This document shows positions 17,001-35,070 of a stretch of DNA of 64,000 nt, one piece after another (position 1 is the stretch's first letter; every line of letters begins with the position of its first letter). This stretch comes from Salpingoeca rosetta (lineage: Eukaryota > Protista > Choanoflagellata). The stretch lies in NCBI GenBank assembly GCA_033442325.1, contig JAWQFM010000008.1:1658287-1722286 (forward strand), written 5' to 3'. The translations under genes were made by a program, and so were the position numbers. The notes beneath the pieces were generated by a model. It did not search any database. It saw only the letters and a program-made list of their open reading frames with translations, and was not told the DNA's origin.

Positions 17001-19743
17001 CACACAGTTTTGGGTTCTGCGCATCTCTTGATCTTGTTCGCTTGTTTGAAGGATGTCGCACCGATGCGCACAACGTCACATATGCCGTGATATGCATTCA
17101 CACGTGTGGGTACCAACAATAATCGCCTTGCTTTGCTTTCTCACCACACGTCTGACGTGTTCGGTTATGACTTGTGTTTTGCTGTTGATTTTATTTTTGC
17201 AGCGACATTTGAGGACATGGACGAATACGGTGACGGTGTTGTGTATCCACACACGCTCGCAAGCTACATCAAGGAGGTCAGGCATCCAAAATGTACACGA
17301 CACCCACCCAGCCATTCAGCCACTCAAACACATATGCCACCGCACCTGTCACATACTCTCCCAAATACCCTCTTCAAATAGCTTCACGTGCTCTACGAGC
17401 TTACTTGTGTCAACACTACATTTCCGTTTGGTCGTGGCAGATTCACTTGTTTGCCGCGTTCAAGTGCATGCCGCACATCTTCGAGGCCGCATCAACACAC
17501 TCCCCACTCGTCTGTGATCACTGCAGCCAAACCATTCGACAGTAAGTGTTTGCACATGCAAACGGCACATGCACGTGTGCACGCGTGCACGAGATCGAGG
17601 GGTACTTGCATACAGTGCATGTCCATGATGTGTATTCTTCACTTACTGCACGTACTGCACCTTCAACTATCTTTCCCCCCTTTTGTTGCACTCACACCCC
17701 CCCCCACACACACACACCCACGCACACACATACATTCGGCTACCGTGTACTCGTCCAGTTGCGTGTACCGGTGTCGTGACTGCTCGAGACAAGTCCACGG
17801 CCGCTGTCGCGTTCTCGCCAGCAGAAACTGCAAACCAGTCTTCTCGGAATCAAGCGCCATCCGCTCCCCACTGCGTGCAGAGTACACCGCAGCCACCACA
17901 ACCGCCACCACAACCGCTACAATGCCGCATGGACGTGCTGGGCATGGCAGCGGGCGGATGAGCGTGGACAGTCCCGGAAGCGATGTGGCCCTGAGCGCGT
18001 CGCAAACCAGCACGCAAGCACAGCCGCAGCAGCAGCAGCAGCAGCAGCCACGGCTATCGAAGCGACCGAGCCAGACGCAGCTGCTTGCCTCATCCTGGTC
18101 AAACACACACTTGCACCAACAACAACAGCAACAACAACAGCACCGTGTGTTTGATCGTGAGCCGGCGAGCGGCCGTCGCGGTCGCCTTCGCCCGAAGCGA
18201 TTGAGTCTCGACGAGTCGCGATCTTCATACGATGCAGCCATGCTCCAGACACACGCGCACCGCCACTCCAACACCGATGGCCAGGGTGGTGCCCATGCAA
18301 GTTCATCTTCACCTTCGCCTGTGGAGGTGAAGCCGGTTTTGCGGAGGTGAGCGTGTTGTGTGGCGTGTGGTCGCCGCTTTGCTTGCGCGTGTTGTGCAAT
18401 GGGTTTGCCCTGCACTTGATGATATGTCACTTTGTTTGCCCTGTCAGACCTGCGATCGCCTGTTGTCACCTGCTGTCACCTGTTATCACGTCTTACGTGT
18501 TCTCATCCCACACTCTACATTCATCCGTGTGTGCGTGTGACTCAGGAGTTCCACGGATGTTGCGTTGACGGCGTTCATGATGAAAGATCGACAAGAGCAG
18601 GACAGGCAGGATGGAGGGCACGCCCACTCCAGCCTCGGCGCTGCTGTCGTCACTGCAGACGCGACACAGCCTAGTGTTGCTGTTGGCGCCAAAAATGCGG
18701 AAGCAACGGCTCGCTCTGCGATGCTTGCAGGCAAACACACAACCGTCGGGAAAGCAAAGCGTTTATCCTCTTCATCTTCAGGGCCATCGTCACCGCTCTC
18801 ACACGCCACCGTCACATCTGTTGGCAGTCACACAACCATTGCGTCATCAGGTTGGTTGATCGGTGTACTGTGTTGTGTTGTGCTGTGTTGTGTTGTTGGG
18901 TGCGCGGAAAAGAGGTGCCACTAACCCAGCTTGAAATCGCCTTGCATACATGCAAGTGTGTGTGTCTTTTTTTTGTGCCGTCATCTCATCCTCGTTGCTC
19001 GTGTGTTGCTGATGCTTCAGATTCTGGCGGATCGTCCACGAGCGGCCGCGATCAGCTCGACCCCTATGTGCGTTGGTGGGCTCATGCGTATCTGTGTGTG
19101 TGTTTTTGTACATACGTGTACATACGTGTGCATGTAGCGTGTGTGTGTGTGTGCGTGCGTGTGTGTTTGATGGTGGTGCTGGCATTCGTTGACAAGGGTA
19201 TCATTCGCGAGACCATGCATCACACTTTCATTTTCTCACCATTAACTTGCACATGCTTTCATTTGCGCTTCCACATCCACCCGCTTGCACATTGTGTGCC
19301 ATGTGTGCATTGTGTATTGTGCATTGTGCATTCTCTGTGTTCAATGTATTCTTCATCCCACCAGTACTCGCACTCGAGCCGCCGCCGCAGCCGCCGGTCA
19401 TCGCATATCGCTGCGCACAGACAACTCGTCACCAACACCCCCGACGGAAGGTTCGTGTCACTGTTGTGGTGTTGTGCTGCGATGCAGCGATTTCCGTGTC
19501 ATGCTCTGTGCATTTCAATTCGTCTTTGGGTGTGTGTTGATGGCATGTGTGAGCGACGAGGCGTGTATTTGCGTGTATTTGGGCCACGTTGCCTGTCTTG
19601 CATTCATTTCTCACTGCCTGTATTCCTTGCTTGGCACCCTTTACACCAATACCAACAATGCCCGTGCTTGATGATGTTTGTGTGTGCGTGTGTTCAGGAA
19701 AGTGCTGGTGACGTTGACTGGCGCTCGCCTTCGTGATGTGTAG
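11027..19743 (+). CDS. RasGRP-like Ras guanine-nucleotide exchange factor (REM, CDC25, EF-hand pair, C1) with long disordered termini
   Basis: REM-like exons at 12783-13306. CDC25 motifs: LAEHLTVLDFEGY, WIAASILTQKGTRGRVNALTKWIQVAVELLSLASFNALFGVVVG..ITRLSET, CIPFLGLVLQDL, SEELLELSQACEP. EF-like IFARY.. and FEDMDEYGDGVV. C1: HIFEAASTHSPLVCDHC..YRCRDCSRQVHGRC..C. Last exon KVLVTLTGARLRDV*, TAG at 19741-19743. The start codon is less certain. Confidence 0.85.
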
Positions 19744-19996
19744 TCGGAGCGCAAACAACGAACGACCCTCAGACCCAAAACACATACTGCTCGCATATCC
19801 ACACACATTTACACATATACATACACATATCCAAACACATTTACACATACACATACACATACACGAACACATGCAGACACGCACGCATTCATGCTCATCG
19901 TTTCATGTACCATCGTCCCCACAAGTCATCTTCATCATCATTTGGGCCACGTTGCCTGTCTTGCATTCATTTCTCACTGCCTGTATTCCTTGCTTG
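19577..19996. repeat. 57-bp perfect non-microsatellite direct repeat (19577-19633 and 19940-19996) flanking the last RasGEF coding exon
   Basis: atttgggccacgttgcctgtcttgcattcatttctcactgcctgtattccttgcttg occurs twice. Confidence 0.9.
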
Positions 19997-20447
19997 ACAC
20001 CTTGTCCCTTGGGTTCGATCTTTTCTCGTGTTGTGCTTTGCTTTCCTTCGTTTGCCCCCTCATGTACACACCAACACAGACACGGATACAGACACAAGAG
20101 TAAACTTGCTCGAAACCCAACATGGCCCATTCTCTCGTTTTCTTTGGGATGTGTCGAAACAACAGCCGTTTATGTTGTGGAGGTGTGAAGAACAAGAGTG
20201 GGACGCAGCAGCAGGTAAACCATGTGTTTATGCTTGTGTTGTGGGTGCGTGTATGAGCGTTTGGGGCAACAGCGGTGGGGAACCGGTGCAGAGGAATGAA
20301 CGGTAGGAGAAGAGAGGACCAAGGCACACAGGAAAACGACACAATTGACAATCGCCAGAAGTGCACAACACGTCCTCGATCAGATGAACAACAGCATCCC
20401 ACGAACACACGGCTCGTGTGTGCATGTGTGTGTGTGTGTGTGTGTGT

Positions 20448-21436
20448 TTAGGCCTTCATGAGCAGCTCGCGGATCTGCGTCTCCAGCTTGATCTGATGGC
20501 AATGATGGAAGGCAATGTAAGGTGGGAGAGAGTGCAGTCAGGAGATCATGGATGTGAGAGGCGCAGAGCGAATGGACAATCCACGTGACATCCCAAAAGC
20601 CAACACGGCAACCAAGCAACACGACAAGGAACCACGCGCTTGCATGCATACATGCAAGCAAGCAAGCATTCGTGTGGGCACCTGGTCCTGTGCAAACTTG
20701 CGGATGCCCTCCGAGAGCTTCTCTGTGGCCATTGCGTCCTCGTTGAGCATCCAGCGGAACTGCTTCTCGTCCAGGGAAATCTTCTCGAGATCGAGCGTCT
20801 TCGCCTTCTCCGCACTCAGCCGCTGCGTCACCTGCCGCAGTCAGGAAGGTAAGGAGGGGAAGGGGAAGGGGGATGTTTGTGAGTGTTTGAGTGTTTGAGT
20901 GAGTGTGTGTTTGTGAGGGAGTGAGTGTTTGTGAGTGTGTGTGTGTGTGAGAGTGAGTGTTTGCGAGTGAGTGTGTGTTTGCGAGTGTGTGTGTGTGTGA
21001 GAGTGAGTGTTTGCGAGTGAGTGTGTGTTTGCGAGTGTGTGTGTGTTTGTGAGTGAGTGAGTGAGTGTTTGTGTGTGCGGGTTTGTGAGCGAGTGTGTTT
21101 GTGGCGAGCGAGACGTGGGTCAAAGGCAACACAGCAGGGGCGGCCGTAAAGGGGCAGATGAGCAACAGACCGGGTCGGTGGACTCGGAAAGCTGCTTGAG
21201 GAGAGCAGGAGAGATGGTGAGCAGGTCCTGTATCCATCCACCACAACAACAAGGGGGATGGGCAGGAATTGTGAGCCGTAAGCGCATTGCAAGGGATGGA
21301 GGAGGTGGGGTAGAATGGCAGTCCGTGTCGTTCATACACACAGAGAAAGAGGCAGACAGACAGGGAGACAGACGAACAGACAAACAAACAGACAAGACGC
21401 ACAAACAAACAAGCATACACACAAACAAACAAGCAT

Positions 21437-21486
<50 letters not shown>

Positions 21487-23142
21487 GCGTCCATGGTGCA
21501 TGCAACTCACGCATCCTGCGAGGTGGGTGACCTCTCCCGTGTTGCGGAAGGAGGCGCCCATGACAACCGTCTTGTAGCCGTGCTTCTTGTAGTAGTTGTA
21601 GATGTTGGTCACCGACTCCACACCGGGGTCGTTCTCCGGCGCAATGTCCTTGCCGCCGTTGTGCGCCTTGTGCCAGTCGAGGATGCGCCCGACAAAGGGG
21701 GAGATGAGTGTCACGCCGGCCTCGGCGCACGCAACAGCCTGATCACGATGACGGGCAGTGTTGGTGGTGGTGACGGTGGTGCGACGGGGGGAAGGGAGCA
21801 GCGGTGGGTGAGATTGCGGGCGCAGCAAAACGGAAAGAGGAGGGTGGTATGCGAGGACAGACACACACACACACAGACATAGACACACATAGACACAGAC
21901 ACATACACAGACACAGACACAGACACATACGAACACACGCAAACACAGACACAGACACACGCACGCACACAGAATCAGCCACAACCTCCACGGCCTTGAG
22001 ACCGACCTGCGCAAAGGAGAAGAGGAGGGTGAGGTTGCAGTGGATGCCGTGCTTCTCCTCGAGCTCGCGGGCAGCCTGGATGCCCTCCCATGTGGAGCTG
22101 AGCTTGATGAGCACACGCTCCTTGTCAATGCCGTTGGCCTTGTACAGCTCAATCAGCCGCAGCGCCTTGGCAATCTGCGCCTCCCGGTCAAACGACAGCC
22201 TGCAATAATGGGAAGATGTACGCGTGTTGGTTGGTTGCGGTGACGTGGTGTGAGAGGACGTGATGCAAACACAGAAGATTGAAGACACAGGCGGACACAT
22301 GCAACCACAAGACAGACACCCACACGCACAAGCGAAGGGGCAACGTACCGAGCGTCGACTTCGGTGGAGACGCGGCCGGGGACGAGCTTGAGAATCTCGA
22401 CGCCAAAGTTGACAAAGAGCTTATCGCCAGCGAGCGTGATCTGCTCCTTGATGTCCTTGCCGTTCTCCTTGGCGTACTTGATGGCGTCCTCAACGACATG
22501 CTGTCAATGGACGCATTGTCGCAGCGCAGCGCAATGAGAAGAATGTGCGAGAGAACGCAGCCGACACAAGCATGAGGGCAAGGGCAGGAGCCACACCAAA
22601 CGAGAGTGTGCGCCCTCTACTTTCACCACCGCTCACCTTGTACTTGTCCTCCTGGGCAGCCTTGTACACCAGGGATGGGTTGGTGGTGGCGTCCTGAGGA
22701 GAGAACTGTGCAATGGCTGTGAACGGTGTGCCAGCAATAGTCCGGCGAGTGAGTGGTTCGGGATGATGACAGATGATCATGAGGGGGTATGATGAGGGGT
22801 GGCCATGAGATAGCAGGGCAGAACAAAAGGGGGAGAAAAGTGCACACAGACACAGAGAGACAGAGACACACAGAGAGAGACAGAGAGAGACAGAGACATA
22901 GAGAGACAGACACAGACACACAGACACAGACACACTGACAGACACAGACACAGACACAGACACACACAGCCGCGTTGATTGCGATCGAAACACAACCAAA
23001 ACACACTGCTAAACTCCTTCGACTTTAACAATCACCAGCCCCCAATGATCTGCACACACACAGGCACACACTCACTCTCAAAGTCGCCAGTGTCAGCCAC
23101 AACTGTGGTGAACTGCTTGAGCTGCTCAAGGGACGTCGTCAT
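20448..23142 (-). CDS. TALDO1: Transaldolase
   Basis: [132 protein letters not shown]. Eight exons. Confidence 0.97.
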
Positions 23143-23525
23143 CGTGGATGGTGGAAAAGGAGGAGTTGGCGGCTTTACGCAACAAGCAAGGAAGGAAAGG
23201 AAGACCTGGGGAAATGTACAAGCAAGTCAGTCAGTGTCCAACAGCAAGCAAGGAGAGCAAAGTGAACCGATCAGCGGAGATAAATGAAGAAGCAGCAGCA
23301 GGCCAACCACAACAGCACAACCAACAACGAAGAACAACGCCAGCACCACCGCTCTCCCAAGCAAGCAAAGCGTCCTCTTCCACACCGAAAAACAGATCAG
23401 TAGACCGAAAGAAAAATAGCCATCATGTCAACATGTATCTCACACATATTTGTGGTGTTGTGAATTCTACCAACGACACAACGACACATAAAGACATATA
23501 GTCATTGACACGTTGGTTGGCGAGA

Positions 23526-28641
<5,116 letters not shown>

Positions 28642-28695
28642 CATTGCTGCGTAGGAGAAGGACACTTGTCGCTGTGCTCGCAGCACACGTACACA

Positions 28696-28787
<92 letters not shown>

Positions 28788-29269
28788 GTATGTGGTGCTG
28801 TCACTGCTGTCTTTGCTTTGTTGTGTGTGTGCGCGTGCGTGTTTTAGCCAACCCCAAGAGAGCGCCAAGTCGTTGCGTGTATGCGAGTACACGTCGAGTA
28901 ATGTGATGTCATAATAAACGCTGTTCATTGTATGCAAAGGCACAAGATCAAGGCGAGGGGAGGAGGCTGTGGTTTGGCAGTTCGGCTTTATCGTTCATGC
29001 TGCCATCCCTTCCTATCCCCCCCCCCCAATCTCAATTTCAACTGTTAAACCTCAACCAGAACCAACCGTTGTATTGCAGACAACAGCAGCATCACGTCTG
29101 CGCAAAAACAGCAAGGCGATACGCAAACACACGAGCAGGACAGAGAAGAAAGAGCACAGGGGCAAGACGATTGATGCAAGCGAAGGAACCAAGCAAGCGC
29201 TTTGCAGACGGGATAGAGCAACACAGGCAGCCTAAGTGTCGTGTGCATGTTTGTGTGTGCGTGTGTGTG

Positions 29270-29307
<38 letters not shown>

Positions 29308-29328
29308 TGTGTGAACAAAGAGCAGGAG

Positions 29329-30857
29329 CTACGATTGTTCAGGCTGTGGTGCTTCAGACGTGCTCGTGTCATCATCGCCTTGACCTCCACTTTCAGCATG
29401 TTCCACCGTCTCACCGCCATCGCCACCACCACCACCATCATCATCATCACCATGCTCATTGCTTGTGGCTGCTTCCGCATCCCCATCGCTCGTGTTCGCA
29501 CCATCCGTTGTCGTGCCCTCCCCCGCGTGCTCCGCACTCTGTTGTTCATCCTGCTGCTTGCTGTCAGCGCGACTCGCATCACCATCGCCGCGCGTCTTCC
29601 CATCGCCGTCGGTGTCTGCTGCTTCCTGGCCGTGGGCTTCGGCTGTACCCGGTCTTGCGGTATCGTCGTCACCATCATCATCGTCATCACCGTTAGCGGC
29701 ATTCTGTTGTGTGTCGTCTGCACCTGCTTCCGCTTCCTCATCCGCCTTGTTGTCCCTCATCCCTTCCCCTTCCTCGTTCTCCTCTTCCTTGACTTCCTTC
29801 TCTCCTTCCACCTCCTCTTCCTGTCCTCGCTTGGCATCGGCAGCCTCGGCCTCGTCGTCTGTGGCGACACCACCGCCCATCAACGCCTCAGCATCACCGC
29901 CGTGTGGGTGCCGCAGCGCAGCCGTGTTCTCAGCAAACAGCGACAGCGTTGACGGGAACTCCGCCGTCAGTGCCGCATATGCGCTGTCAGCGTCCTCTGT
30001 TCCCCCGTGTCCAGCGAAAGTCGTGGTGGCAGTGGTTCCCGGCGATGGCGACGTGTTCTGTGAGCAGGCGGCATCAAGCTCCTTGAGAAGGCGAATTGTA
30101 TCGTCTTGCGGCATGTCTGCGACGAGAGGGGCGAGCAGCACGGCGAGGTTTTGGCGGGAAACGTCACCGCTCTCGTCCACCGGGCGGTCCTCTGCAAACA
30201 GCTGTGGGAACTGCACGTGCGCCGTGTCGTGTGCACGGAGTACGCTGTAGACGAGGCTCTTCGGGTGCTCGGCAAAGTGTGGGGCTGCGGTGTCAATAAC
30301 CTCCTGCATGCGTGCAATCGCCTGCTGCTGCTTCTCCTCCATGAGCTGCTTGCGCCGCTGCAGCTCGGCCTGGCGCTTGGCCTGCTGGTCCTCGGTGATG
30401 TCGTAGACGCGGTCTCGGAGCTCGAGCTCGACGCGTCGCATGGATCGCATGTATGGGGAGGCGTCTGCAAAGTTGCTGAAGCGCGGGTTGTTGCGCATGA
30501 GGGCCTGGGCAAGGTAGTTGATGGGGTTGAAGCTAGCAGTCATCTTGGGTGCCTCCAGGAGCTCGCGTCGCTCTGCTTCGCGCAGCAGCTTCTCCATGGC
30601 AAGCACCACGGACCCCAGACACGTCTCCACAAGGTACATGCGCGTTCGCGCGTCGGTGATTGTTTCGTTCAGCCATTCGGCCGCCAGCACGTCCAGAGGG
30701 ACCTTTGAACAGCACACGCCATGAAGGTGTTGGGTTGGTGATGTGATGAAACACTTGGTGGATGTAATTCAGCAAAGGTATGTTCACAGACACAGGTGAT
30801 GAACACACACATGTGATGTTCACACACAGACACAGGGGTGTTGACAGACAAACACAA

Positions 30858-30899
<42 letters not shown>

Positions 30900-31152
30900 A
30901 CACACACACACACACACCAGTGTGTATACACACCCCCCCCCCACACACACACGTACGCACCTGCCGGACTCTGTCGAGCTCTTCTTGCAGTTGAGCGCGA
31001 TCTTCCTCCTTTTGTTGTCGAGTTTGCTCTCTCCGCTCAAGCCGCTTCTGTGTCAGCCGGCGCTTCAAGCGCGACTTTGTGCTCACGCGTGCCGACGACG
31101 CTCGCGAGCTAGGCGTCGTAGGCGGTGTTGGACCCTTCACCATCCCCACCAT
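29329..31152 (-). CDS. EFCAB5 N-terminal-like protein (Dpy-30/RIIa-type docking helix) with an acidic tail
   Basis: Exon 1 (ATG at 31152 or 31143, to ~30961) splices to VPLDVLAAEWLNE..TRMYLVETCLGSVVLAMEKLLREAERR..FNPINYLAQALMRNNPRFSN, which resembles the EFCAB5 'F[DN]PINYL..L.RNNP' motif. Stop at 29329-29331. Confidence 0.7.
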
Positions 31153-31312
31153 CGTCTCACATCAAAGCACACAGCCGCGACTTCTGCTTCTTTGTGAGTG
31201 TTGTCAAGAACAATTTATGGTGTCGTATACGAAAAAGGCCAGCTGCAGCGGAGATCGAGAGCATCAGGTGGAGGGAAAGGGCGCAGACGAAGCAGCACCT
31301 TGTGCTTCGCTT

Positions 31313-31744
31313 CTACTCTTGTTTTTGCCTGTTGGCGTGCACGGCTGGGACGTCCGGGTAATTGGCGTGGCCGAGGTGGAAGAGGGCGTCGATGAGGAAG
31401 GAGATCATCTCAATGTCGTGCTGGTCGTCGACGTTGAGGTACTCGTCCGGGTTTCGGTTCACGTCGGCAGAGAGCATGCGGTACTGCCCGTCCTCCTCCA
31501 CAAAGTGCACGCGGTACACGCAGAAGCCTGTCCAGCTGCGATGCAAGTTGAGCGTGTTGTCTTGCATGTACACAAACCACTTGTCCTCCATTTCGTGAGG
31601 CATGATGCCCTTCTTCAAGACCTGCATCTGTGCTGGGGTGAAGGTGCGATGCAGCTGCACCGTTGTGTATTGCATGGGCAGAGGCTTGATCCTCCAGTCG
31701 CCCATCTGCACGGGGCGGCTCACGCCCGGCTCATCCTCCGCCAT
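31313..31744 (-). CDS. Intronless 143-aa protein of a bacterial-type uncharacterised family (P..MEDKWF.Y..LHRSWTG.C.Y)
   Basis: Microsatellite-free single ORF: MAEDE..DWRIKPLP..FTPAQMQVLKKGIMPHEMEDKWFVYMQDNTLNLHRSWTGFCVYRVHF..VNRNPDEY..DIEMISFLIDAL. Confidence 0.8.
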   Translation of the reverse strand: MAEDEPGVSRPVQMGDWRIKPLPMQYTTVQLHRTFTPAQMQVLKKGIMPHEMEDKWFVYMQDNTLNLHRSWTGFCVYRVHFVEEDGQYRMLSADVNRNPDEYLNVDDQHDIEMISFLIDALFHLGHANYPDVPAVHANRQKQE

Positions 31745-32172
31745 TGCGCACGGCCTGCTGGATGAGAAACAGCGGTGTTGGTGGCGGCGTTGCAAGGGCA
31801 AGTCAAGGGTGCTGCCCAAGTTCCACGCTTTCGATGGAACCCGAGATTGTAATTGTAGGCAACGTGCCGTGTGCCCTTGTCCTCTTGCTGTTGCTTGGAG
31901 TGGTTGGAGCGCTCCGGTGATGCTAAGTTGAGGCCGGTGGACTTGGACCAACAGCGACAGCACAGTCCTTGCTGGGCGTGCGACAGCCAGCGTGAATGCA
32001 GCACGGAGGGCAGGTGTTGGTGCGAGATCCGACTGAGCTTTTTGGTCGATCGTTCAGAGTGGAAAGAAAAAGTCGCCGAATCCAAATAAAGCAGCAGCAG
32101 CCGTGCGACCGAGTCACCCGAGATTAGTGGTGGATATCATTCGCAAATCGCCATCAAACCAAGTGAAGCAAG

Positions 32173-32763
32173 ATGCGGCGTGGTGGATATGGGGACGATG
32201 ATGATGACGGGGTTGGCGCAACTGGATTGCCTATTGGATTCTCGGCCTCACAAACAACTTTGTACGTCAAGAGGGAGGGAGGGACATAGAGAGGCGTGTT
32301 TGTGCGTGAAAATGAGCTTGTTTTGAGAAAAGGCGAGTGTGCTCCTCATCTCAGCACACGCTCCACTCAAACACACGCATACACACATGTATACACGCAC
32401 TCGACACACATACGCATACACACACACACATAAACGCACACACACACACATACTCTCTCCCTCTCTACACTCACACAATTTGGGCAGGGTTATGTGATTA
32501 TGTTGAGCGGTGCGCATGACATCTTGAAGAAGCTGGACCCCAATTTGGGGACGGGGGCCGTGCTGCTGGCGGACATCTTGCCCACGCTGCTGATCAAGTC
32601 CACTGGGCCCATGTTCTTGTTCCGGTTCTCCTACTCGGTCCGCATTGTCACCTGCATCATCGCAGCTCTCGTCAGCTTTCTTCTCGTGAGTATCAACAGC
32701 TAGATGGTGGAATAGAGAAAGGTAGAGAAGTACAAATGTGGCGTTGTGTGTGTGTGTGTATGT

Positions 32764-32804
<41 letters not shown>

Positions 32805-33055
32805 TGTGTGTATGTACGTGTGTGTGTGTGTGTAGAGTATGTACGCAGAAATACGACCAGCCACCCCCCCCATTTCACACAACACACACAACCATCCTCC
32901 TGTGACTTGGACAGGTTGCGTTTTCGACGACGGTGGCCATGGCGCTTGCCGGCGTAGTGTTTGCCAGCATCAGCGCGGGCCTGGGCGAAATTACCTTTCT
33001 CAGCATGACCGCCTGCTACCACAAGGTGTGTGCTTGTGTGTGTGCTTGTGTGTGC

Positions 33056-33105
<50 letters not shown>

Positions 33106-33382
33106 TCGTGCTACATGAAGTGCAGCCACCACTGGTGCTGGCAGCTTGCGAGCACGACGTCTTGCAGCAGAAGAAGTGGCGGCACTGTGGGCTCACGCAT
33201 CGCCGCTGTTCCCCCTTGCATACGCCGCTGCAGAGTGTCATCTCTGCGTGGTCGAGCGGTACTGGCGGTGCCGGTGTTGTCGGCGCGCTGGCGTATCTTG
33301 GGCTGACAGAGGTGGTGTCACCGTCGCAGGCACAACTCGTCATGACGTGCATCCCCGCCCTCATGGCAATCAGGTGAGAGTA

Positions 33383-33417
<35 letters not shown>

Positions 33418-33445
33418 AAGAGACAGAGAGAGAGAGAGAGACAGA

Positions 33446-33476
<31 letters not shown>

Positions 33477-33676
33477 TGTGTGTGTGTGTGTGTGTGTGAG
33501 TGTGTGAGTGCAACGTGCTGCTTAAACGATGATGACGACGCTGCCAACTCATCACGTGTGTCCACGTCTCCGGTGCCAATGTCCTCCGCCACTTTCTCAT
33601 CCTTTTCACTTTGGTGCTTGTCCTCTCTCCTGTACATTATCATGCATGAATATTTGTGCGCGAACCTACCCACCTT

Positions 33677-33723
<47 letters not shown>

Positions 33724-34528
33724 CACAGCTACTTTGCGATGCTGACGCACCGCCCCAAGTCGCTGATTGGTCCAGCCGGCGCTACGCCCACCGGTGATCC
33801 GTACACCTTCAAGCAGAAGGTCCGTGGTGGTGATCGCTGATGTTTTGATGTACATTTATGGGTGCTCCCTGTTGCTCACTCGATGCCACGCTCGTTATCA
33901 CAATCACCCACGTACGTCCATTCACACACACACACTCGCTCACACACTTGCTCACACCCTCTCGCACGCATGCGCACAGCTTGCGATGACAAAACGGCTG
34001 GTTGTTCCGTTTATGCTGCCGCTGTTTGTGGTGTATTGGTCCGAGTACATGATCAACCAGGGAATCTTCGAGAATATGCTCTGGCCCCACCAGCACATCT
34101 CAACAGAGTACGACACACGCGGCATATGCACGTGTGCGTATGTGATTATGCTGTGTTGCGGTGGTTGTGGTGCGTGTGCGTGCGTGTGCGTGCGTGTGTG
34201 GTAAACTTACCTGCGCAGGGATGCGTGTTCGTCGCCGCAACAACATCTGAACCACCACCACCACCACCACCACCACCACCACCACCACCACCACCGCACC
34301 ATGTCACGGCCACCAGTGCGCAGTACCGTCTGTACCAGCTGCTGTATCAGATTGGTGTGTTTCTCTCCCGCAGCAGTCTTGCGATCTTTGCCCTCTCAAG
34401 CGTGTGGATCCCCGCTGTTGTTCAGGTCAGCACATCGCAGCCGTGTGTGTGGGTGTGATATGCACGTGTGTGGGTGTTTGTGTGATGTGCGAGTGTGTGA
34501 GTGTGTGTGTTTGTATAATGTTTGAGTG

Positions 34529-34618
<90 letters not shown>

Positions 34619-34894
34619 TCCGTCCAAGCCCCACCATTGAATGCACACGTCGCGCACAACTTCAATATCATTCTCACATTCTCACACCCACGTACACCCA
34701 CGTACACACACCCACGTACACACACACACACTTGTGTTCATGTCCACACGTGTGACTAGATGGCCAACTTTGCCGTGCTGTTTGTTGAGGCGCGTGTGCA
34801 TTTCTTCCCCGGCATTTGGCTCACGTGCATCTGGATCATCTTCGAGGGTCTTCTCGGCGGTCTCGTATACGGTACCATCAACACCAGCTCATCC

Positions 34895-34949
<55 letters not shown>

Positions 34950-35038
34950 TCACAGCGAGCGAGGAAGGAGAAGAGGGGTCGTTGTTGTTTAAGTTGTTGT
35001 TGTTTAAGTTGTTTAAGTTTAAGTTGTTGTTGTTTAAG

Positions 35039-35070
<32 letters not shown>

